Origin: a virus
Taxonomy: Duplodnaviria > Caudoviricetes
Virus record (IMG/VR): IMGVR_UViG_3300032319_000846
Location: 64,001-128,000 of that record
Direction: 5' to 3' (one strand)
Length of the DNA stretch: 64,000 nt
Below the pieces are notes generated by a model. It was not told where the DNA came from and made no database searches. It saw only the letters and a program-made list of their open reading frames with translations. The position numbers were made by a program, and so were the translations under genes. Shown in pieces: positions 57,844-64,000 of this stretch (its first letter is position 1; the number at the start of each line of letters is the position of its first letter).

Positions 57844-59841
57844 TTACAAAATAACAGGAGAAAGCTCAGGACTACCAACAGATGCAATATATGCATTCAT
57901 TGCAGTTTCAAATGCTTTTCCTTTTCCTTCTTCTACAAAAAAACTATACATAATTTGATAGTTATTTGAAGAATTACTTGAGATAAACTCACCTGTGGTT
58001 CCATGATTTACCACTAGCTGATACTCATCATAGTATTTGTGAGCTTTAGCAATTGCAACCATACCAAAGATTTCTCTGTTGTTAGGGTCAAAATCCCAAT
58101 CTCTCATTTCATAATGCTTAAACCATTTTTCTTTTTCTCTCACCATATTACCTGTACCTGCTTCAAATGTAATAGATTGAATTTTCTTTACATTAAAATC
58201 GGTAGATACATCACACAAACTGGTGGTGTAATCATGTGAGTGTACAGTGATAAGTAATTTTACTGCTTCTTGGTCTGAAGGGTCATAAGGAAAATATCCA
58301 TAAGATAATTCATTTGTATCTCTTCTCCAAGAATTAGATTCAAATCTAATACCAACAGCAGCACATTCAGGAGTTACAGGAGTAGGCTCTGAACAATCAG
58401 GAACAGCTACAGGTTCTTTATATTCTTCCCACACAGTATGTCTTTCATAAGGGTCAGGAGCTTTTACATCAAATATTCCTGTTTCTCCACAATCAAGAGT
58501 TGTACAATCTGAATAAGTGGTGGTAGTGAATGTAGTTGCACATGCAGCAGCACCATTTGTTGCAACTGCAACTGTTAAATAAGGATAAGCAAGTTGCAAA
58601 GCAGCAAGTTTATCAGTGTAAGTTCCTAAACAATTTGCATCAGCTAAAGTAATTTTCCATTGCTTACTACCTTTTACTGCTGTTTGAGCAACTGCCCAAG
58701 CATAAGTGGTTGCAGAAGTTTGAGTACAAATTGATTGTGCTACACCAGTAAAGGTGATGATAGGATTACCTGCTGTTACATCTGCAACTACAGTGGCTAA
58801 TGCTGTAGAAGTTGCTGTATAAATAACATAAGTGTCTTTTTCAGGTTGTGCAGAATTTTTAGTTCTTGAAGTTTCCCCTGTTACAGAAGGAACGATCACA
58901 CCTGCATTTACTACAATTTGATAAACATTTGCTTTTGCTGTTTTTGTAAATCCAGAAGGACAAGCATCAGCACAATTAGTAACTACAACATCAGCTAAAC
59001 TAATTGCAGAAGGAGCACCTTGAGCAACTGTTCTCCACATAGAATAAGTAGAACTCATTCCCGCTTTCACTGTTCTTTCTACTTTATATCCTCCATATTG
59101 AGCTTGAATTCTACCAAGTGCAGCACCGTCTCCTTCATCACAAGGAACTACTACTTCATATCTATTACAAGCTACAGAAGGAGCAGAAATTGCAGGATTG
59201 GTAATTTTTACTTTATATGCTTTAGCAAAATCTTTAAAATATTTTTTGTAGTATTGGTCTTTATTGTATTTCTCTAAGAAATTGTTTGCTAAATACTCAG
59301 CAGAAACATTTGCATCAGTACAACTTTCAGGAATACATCCTTTATCAAGAATATATTCTCTCATAATTCTTTGTTGACCAAAAGCTTTAGCAATAGGAGT
59401 TCCAAAGAAATGTACTCTTACAATCACTTGATTCCAACTGAGAGCAGCTTTTAAAGATAGAGATGCATCAACACCATCATATCCCATAGTCCAAATTTCT
59501 CCTCTTGTCCCACCTTCAGGAAGTCTTTTAGCTTTTACACCTTTCCATGATTTAATATTCTTACCATAAATCACTTGTGTAGACCAATTTGATAAATCTG
59601 CAAAAGTTCCTTTTTGTTCTTGAGCTTCAAATTTTGCATTACCATATCCAATTTTGATAAACGGGTGAATGGCAAAATTTGCTGTAGCTACTGATTTAGT
59701 ATCTCCACCTGTTGCTTTGACAGGAAAAATACCTACTTGCTGTTCTGCAAGGTCTTTAGATGATAATCCAGCACCAGCTACATTACCTGTGTTTGTTACT
59801 ACACCTCTCCAATGAGGTTGAAGATGATTTCCTAATGACAT
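57844..59841 (-). CDS. Structural protein, probably auxiliary capsid protein (665 aa)
   Basis: Position three genes after the MCP, followed by a terminator; GYDGVD and GTGN...E.E motifs; Cys-rich insertions. Confidence 0.55.
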   Translation of the reverse strand: MSLGNHLQPHWRGVVTNTGNVAGAGLSSKDLAEQQVGIFPVKATGGDTKSVATANFAIHPFIKIGYGNAKFEAQEQKGTFADLSNWSTQVIYGKNIKSWKGVKAKRLPEGGTRGEIWTMGYDGVDASLSLKAALSWNQVIVRVHFFGTPIAKAFGQQRIMREYILDKGCIPESCTDANVSAEYLANNFLEKYNKDQYYKKYFKDFAKAYKVKITNPAISAPSVACNRYEVVVPCDEGDGAALGRIQAQYGGYKVERTVKAGMSSTYSMWRTVAQGAPSAISLADVVVTNCADACPSGFTKTAKANVYQIVVNAGVIVPSVTGETSRTKNSAQPEKDTYVIYTATSTALATVVADVTAGNPIITFTGVAQSICTQTSATTYAWAVAQTAVKGSKQWKITLADANCLGTYTDKLAALQLAYPYLTVAVATNGAAACATTFTTTTYSDCTTLDCGETGIFDVKAPDPYERHTVWEEYKEPVAVPDCSEPTPVTPECAAVGIRFESNSWRRDTNELSYGYFPYDPSDQEAVKLLITVHSHDYTTSLCDVSTDFNVKKIQSITFEAGTGNMVREKEKWFKHYEMRDWDFDPNNREIFGMVAIAKAHKYYDEYQLVVNHGTTGEFISSNSSNNYQIMYSFFVEEGKGKAFETAMNAYIASVGSPELSPVIL

Positions 59842-59898
59842 TTTTGTTTTGTTTGTAGTTGAAAAAAATTGTGTTAATTGTTTTTAAAAACATAAGAA

Positions 59899-60570
59899 TT
59901 ATTTATTCTCTGTTTCTCGGTCTTTACTCACTTGAATTCCAATTTGATTCTTAAATTCTCTTTGAACCTCAGTGATACACATATCAAGTATTTGATTTAA
60001 ATAAATATCTGATATTGGAGAATCAATGTTTTTACTTTTTTCTCCCTTTAAATTTTCATATCCTTCTATATCTATTTTAGGAGGAACTTTAAAGTAGGAC
60101 AAATATGTAGTGGAAACAGTAAAATCTTTTGCATAAACTATAAGAAAGTTATTTGATATATTACATAAACCTTCTTCATAATCTAAAGATGGGTAGCTAT
60201 CTGCTATATATCCTCTTACATCTCTTGGTTTTACAAAGTAATTTGTCAGATAAAGACTACAATCAGTTTGTACTAAAGAATGACTATCTATCCATGTAAA
60301 ATAATCTAAAGGAATCTTGTACTTATATTGAACAACACTATCTTTTTCTATTGTTTCATAAAAATCTAATTTTTCATCATTATTAATAAACTCTTGTAAA
60401 TTAAGAATGTCTTCATCTTTCATCCAACTATCAATTGTTATATATAACCATCGTTCTGAGCAACGGTTGAATAATAACACAAAATTACCTTCTGAAATTT
60501 TTACGTCCTTAAAATTTGCATTTTCATTTAAAAGCAGATGAAACTGATAGTAAAGTTCTTTACTTGTCAT
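59899..60570 (-). CDS. Ring/head-tail adaptor protein (223 aa)
   Basis: MT..EL...F.L.LN...F..LFN, IPLDYF and L.Y.K.P..IDI.GY motifs; synteny. Confidence 0.6.
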   Translation of the reverse strand: MTSKELYYQFHLLLNENANFKDVKISEGNFVLLFNRCSERWLYITIDSWMKDEDILNLQEFINNDEKLDFYETIEKDSVVQYKYKIPLDYFTWIDSHSLVQTDCSLYLTNYFVKPRDVRGYIADSYPSLDYEEGLCNISNNFLIVYAKDFTVSTTYLSYFKVPPKIDIEGYENLKGEKSKNIDSPISDIYLNQILDMCITEVQREFKNQIGIQVSKDRETENK

Positions 60571-61442
60571 TTTTTAATTTTCTTATAAGAAGAAATAAGT
60601 GTAGCAAGAGTTTCTACATTTGCAGGTTTTTTAAGTTCTTGTACAATTTCTTCTCTATTTTTACCTAATACATTATTATTAAATGTATAATACCCATTAT
60701 CAGCATCGTATTTAATAAGTTTCCCAATAGATTGAACTACATAGTAATCTGCTTGTAAATCTTCTGCTTTAGTAGAAATAACCTTTTTAAAAGCTTCCAT
60801 TCTATCTAATGCTTTTAATTCTTCTTTGTAAGAAACTAAAAGTTTATAAAGTGTAGCTTCTGTAAATGCTTCACGTACAGCAATTCCTACTTTATTTGCA
60901 ATAAGAAGCATCTTTTCTTTTTGATGTCTCATTCGGTAGATTTCACTTCCAATTTCCTCTTTTAATTCCATCACCCTCATTGTTCTGGTTTCTTCTTCTT
61001 CATCATTGGAAAAATAGAACACTGTGTTTTTATACTTAGGGTCTTCTTTGATAGATTCTTTTTTAGGTGCTACAAAACCATTAGCTAAAAGAAATTTAAT
61101 CTGTACTGCATGTTTAGGATTGGAAGGGTCAAAAATCACTTCATTTGTTTTAGGAGAAGAAATAGTAGCTCTTAGCTCACCCATTCCCCATACATCTGAA
61201 CGGGAAGATAGGTCAAGTCCTAAAACACCACCATATTCTTTTTCCTCTTCTTTAGTAAGTCCTGTAATAAATTTACCTGTAGCATCTTTATAAGGATTAG
61301 CTGTACGTAAACAATTAGGAAACACAGTGAATTCTCCAATTCCAATTTCTCTACCTACAGTGGAAGGGTCATAATTGGTTGCAAATAAATCTTTTGTGAA
61401 ACTGTTGGCTATTTGTTTCACTACATATAAGTTTTGTGACAT
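60567..61442 (-). CDS. Conserved protein downstream of the MCP (291 aa)
   Basis: TGLT.EEE...G..LG.DL....W and FDPSNP motifs; synteny with the crAss-like capsid operon. Confidence 0.6.
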   Translation of the reverse strand: MSQNLYVVKQIANSFTKDLFATNYDPSTVGREIGIGEFTVFPNCLRTANPYKDATGKFITGLTKEEEKEYGGVLGLDLSSRSDVWGMGELRATISSPKTNEVIFDPSNPKHAVQIKFLLANGFVAPKKESIKEDPKYKNTVFYFSNDEEEETRTMRVMELKEEIGSEIYRMRHQKEKMLLIANKVGIAVREAFTEATLYKLLVSYKEELKALDRMEAFKKVISTKAEDLQADYYVVQSIGKLIKYDADNGYYTFNNNVLGKNREEIVQELKKPANVETLATLISSYKKIKK

Positions 61443-61477
61443 TTTTAATTTAAGGTTAGTATGATTATTTTAATATA

Positions 61478-63202
61478 TTAAATATTCTTCAATGAATATC
61501 CAGCAGGTACATATTCCAACATAATCATTTTGGAAGTGTCTTTTACAAAAATCTCTCCGCAAGTAAGCATACTCATACTAAATCCTTTTCTATTTTCAAC
61601 AGCAATTTGTTGTTTTGGATTCATACCAAAGAAGCTATACAATGTAGGATTATATCCTCTACCCGGAGTGATGGAAGTAGTGTCCTGATAACCTTTAGGT
61701 TTAATCATTACAACATTTGCACCATTGTGATAAGTATCAGTATATCCGGGGTCAAGTTCAGGAGCACCTTGCGCTCTATTAGAAAAAGTAGGAGATGTAA
61801 CATCTTCAATAAAAATCATATAAGAAGAGTTAGCATAAGCACCTGTGTAAGCAAGTTGCTCGTAATCTTCATCAATTAAATCTAAAGAAGCATCATGTTC
61901 TACTTCAACTAATCCTAATTCAGGAAAATGTCCAGAAATAAATCTTGGTTGTTTAAAAGAAAGATTTTGTGAATCTGGCCCTGTAATCATATCTTTCAAG
62001 AATGGGTTTTGACCATCATTCACAATTAGGAATTTGTTATTTCCTTGGAAATAATCATTAAACCATTTGTGCATTTCTGCCATACCACCACTACCTGCTC
62101 TCATTTTAATTTTTCTATCATGCATTGGCATATCATATCTACCTGCAAATACATATCCAATAATCCATTTAATAAGATTAGGAAGTTCTTTAAAATCAGA
62201 ATATGTTTGATAATTACCAAAGTTTTTAATCCACCAATACAAACCTGCTGGAACTCTGTATTTTTTACCACCTGCGTCAGTTTTCACATAAGGTTTTTGC
62301 CACATTAAAGCATATTCCTTCATCATAGCAAGTTCTTCTACCATTTTTCTAATAACCGTAGGAACCCATGTAGAAGCAAGAGGTTTACCAGTAGCTTTAT
62401 CTACAGAAACAAAATTAGTAATTGCTTCTTGAGCTTGTACAGTGTATTCAGATAGACCAAATTTATTACCTTGCTTTGATGTTTCCACTTTAAAACTATC
62501 ACCCCAAGAAGTAACAGAATGAGAAATACCAATTTCAGATTGTCCTGTAAGATAACGCATTCTTGCAATACCTGTTCTGTTATATTCAGATACAGAGCTA
62601 TCATTAATGTCAAACTCACCAGAATAATTTGCAAGTTTAATAAATGTAGTACCGGGAGTAAGAGCATCGTAACTTACATACTCTTCAGGGTCATTAGTAG
62701 CAAGTTTTACAGCATACTTATAACCATCACCATAAGGTTCAATAATTTCACCTACAAAATCCCTTTTAGCAGCAATTTGTAATTGTACACCTTGTCTTTT
62801 TGAATTGGTGATAACATCTTCGTAAGTAAATTCATTTCTATCTAATACAATAAAGAAATAAGAATTGTTAATACCCAATTTATCACTTCCATCATTAAGG
62901 ATTTCTCTCAATTGAGGATACCCAATATGGTAGGGAAGGTCATAATCAAGAATAGCTCCGAAAGAGGGAACCTCCATTACATTTTTACTAAGCTCTGTTA
63001 GATTGATAAGAGGAGTAGACACTCTTCTAATCATATTCCAAGGTTTCAAAATCCCTAAGTACAATTTATTGATGTCATTACCAAAAGATTGTAAAATAGA
63101 GTTTGCTTCTGTATGTTTTCCTGAAATATAAGGAGAAACAGAAGTTTTAATTAATTGTGAATTGTTAAATCCATTTTGAGGACTACCTCTTTTTACTGCC
63201 AT
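61478..63202 (-). CDS. Major capsid protein, crAss-like (574 aa)
   Basis: Size, position, KLGINNSYF.I.LDR..F, E..LMW.K and G.V.V.H...LD motifs. Confidence 0.75.
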   Translation of the reverse strand: MAVKRGSPQNGFNNSQLIKTSVSPYISGKHTEANSILQSFGNDINKLYLGILKPWNMIRRVSTPLINLTELSKNVMEVPSFGAILDYDLPYHIGYPQLREILNDGSDKLGINNSYFFIVLDRNEFTYEDVITNSKRQGVQLQIAAKRDFVGEIIEPYGDGYKYAVKLATNDPEEYVSYDALTPGTTFIKLANYSGEFDINDSSVSEYNRTGIARMRYLTGQSEIGISHSVTSWGDSFKVETSKQGNKFGLSEYTVQAQEAITNFVSVDKATGKPLASTWVPTVIRKMVEELAMMKEYALMWQKPYVKTDAGGKKYRVPAGLYWWIKNFGNYQTYSDFKELPNLIKWIIGYVFAGRYDMPMHDRKIKMRAGSGGMAEMHKWFNDYFQGNNKFLIVNDGQNPFLKDMITGPDSQNLSFKQPRFISGHFPELGLVEVEHDASLDLIDEDYEQLAYTGAYANSSYMIFIEDVTSPTFSNRAQGAPELDPGYTDTYHNGANVVMIKPKGYQDTTSITPGRGYNPTLYSFFGMNPKQQIAVENRKGFSMSMLTCGEIFVKDTSKMIMLEYVPAGYSLKNI

Positions 63203-63210
63203 GTTATTGA

Positions 63211-63999
63211 TTAATTAAAATTGAATTTTAAAACTTTCTCTTTTTTAGAAGATGTTTGAACAGGAGCTTCTCCTCCTTTTTTACTTTTATTATTACTTAA
63301 AATTTTATCAAAGGTTCTATTACTTTCTTTACTTATTGCTTCTGCAATCTTTTTATGAATATATTTTTCACTATCCTTTAAAAATTCAGTGAGTTCAAAT
63401 AATTTTTCAGGGGCTTTTTGAAAATCTAAAATATATTTATCTAATTGTGTAATTTTCTCACCATTTGGAAGTTTATAAGCATCTTGATAAACAAACGCAA
63501 GAGTAGATTGAATTTCTTCTCTTTTCAATCCTTTTTGAGTAAGAAATCCTCCAAGAGCATTAATTTTTTGTTTTTGAATATTTTCTCTTTGTGCCGCTAA
63601 CATTAACTCTTTTTCAATTTCTTTATCTTGTTTTTCTGCAAAAACCTTTTGATATTCTTTTTGAGCTTCTTCCGCTTCAGAGAAAAGCTCGTCATTAGCT
63701 TCCCATCTTTCAATGCTTTTTTTAATCTTTTCTTTACTCCACTTTACTACTTCTGTGTAGTATTTTTCAATAATTTGTTTTTGACTGGATTCTTCTTTAA
63801 TATCTAAATCAACAATTTCTTTTTGCTGATTAAATAAAGCAATTAACCCTTCAATGTTTCCTTCTTTTTCCAACACTTCAAATACTTTTGCAGTTTGTGC
63901 ATTTGTATTTTTTACTGTTTCCCACTTTTCACCAATATAAAAATCAGTGAACTGTTCAAAAAAATCTACAACATCTTCTTCAGTTTTTAAAGATTCTTT
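63211..63999 (-). CDS. Putative capsid scaffolding protein, C-terminal part (start lies beyond the window)
   Basis: Frame is open to the window edge; highly charged helical protein directly upstream of the MCP. Confidence 0.55.
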   Translation of the reverse strand, partial: KESLKTEEDVVDFFEQFTDFYIGEKWETVKNTNAQTAKVFEVLEKEGNIEGLIALFNQQKEIVDLDIKEESSQKQIIEKYYTEVVKWSKEKIKKSIERWEANDELFSEAEEAQKEYQKVFAEKQDKEIEKELMLAAQRENIQKQKINALGGFLTQKGLKREEIQSTLAFVYQDAYKLPNGEKITQLDKYILDFQKAPEKLFELTEFLKDSEKYIHKKIAEAISKESNRTFDKILSNNKSKKGGEAPVQTSSKKEKVLKFNFN

Positions 64000-64000
64000 A

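Noticed and set aside
753-62782. Numerous plus-strand ORFs of 60-190 aa overlapping large minus-strand genes, plus nested minus-strand ORFs at 41973, 54678 and 62401
   Set aside because: Antisense or alternate-frame shadows with no promoter or leader and unnatural composition.
1-64000. Stop-codon reassignment (TAG or TGA), known in some crAss-like phages
   Set aside because: Multi-kilobase ORFs are intact in the standard code, and TAG/TGA end genes at sensible overlaps (e.g. 9555, 31655, 38377).
1-64000. CRISPR array, rRNA, integrase or IS element
   Set aside because: No regularly spaced DNA repeats or corresponding motifs found by eye.

Overview
AT-rich (~30% GC by eye) 64 kb segment of a crAss-like (Crassvirales-type) podophage, most likely infecting a Bacteroidota host: TAnnTTTG/TTTG promoters are present and translation starts are A-rich without Shine-Dalgarno motifs. 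Nearly all genes lie on the minus strand and form the virion module. From right to left: putative scaffold, major capsid protein, ring and auxiliary capsid proteins, a cluster of Cys-rich fibre/decoration genes with decayed copies, a lysis cassette (GH19 endolysin, holin- and spanin-like genes), ring/IHF/tail-tubular/muzzle genes, modular cargo proteins, four giant ejection proteins including a single-chain 3231-aa virion RNA polymerase (DFDID motif), and tail fibre/tailspike genes. Two small plus-strand islands sit behind host-type promoters, and one ends in a candidate sRNA. Two patterns stand out. (1) The three largest ejection proteins (about 7450 aa) contain only four cysteines by manual scan, all at the termini facing the neighbouring gene product, suggesting a head-to-tail disulfide-linked ejection chain. 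(2) The cargo proteins are strings of zincin-like, lysozyme-like and unknown modules delimited by a recurring Q-[M/F/Y]-G-G motif, suggesting polyprotein processing or a capsid-loading signal. All family assignments come from motif recognition and gene order, not from database searches.
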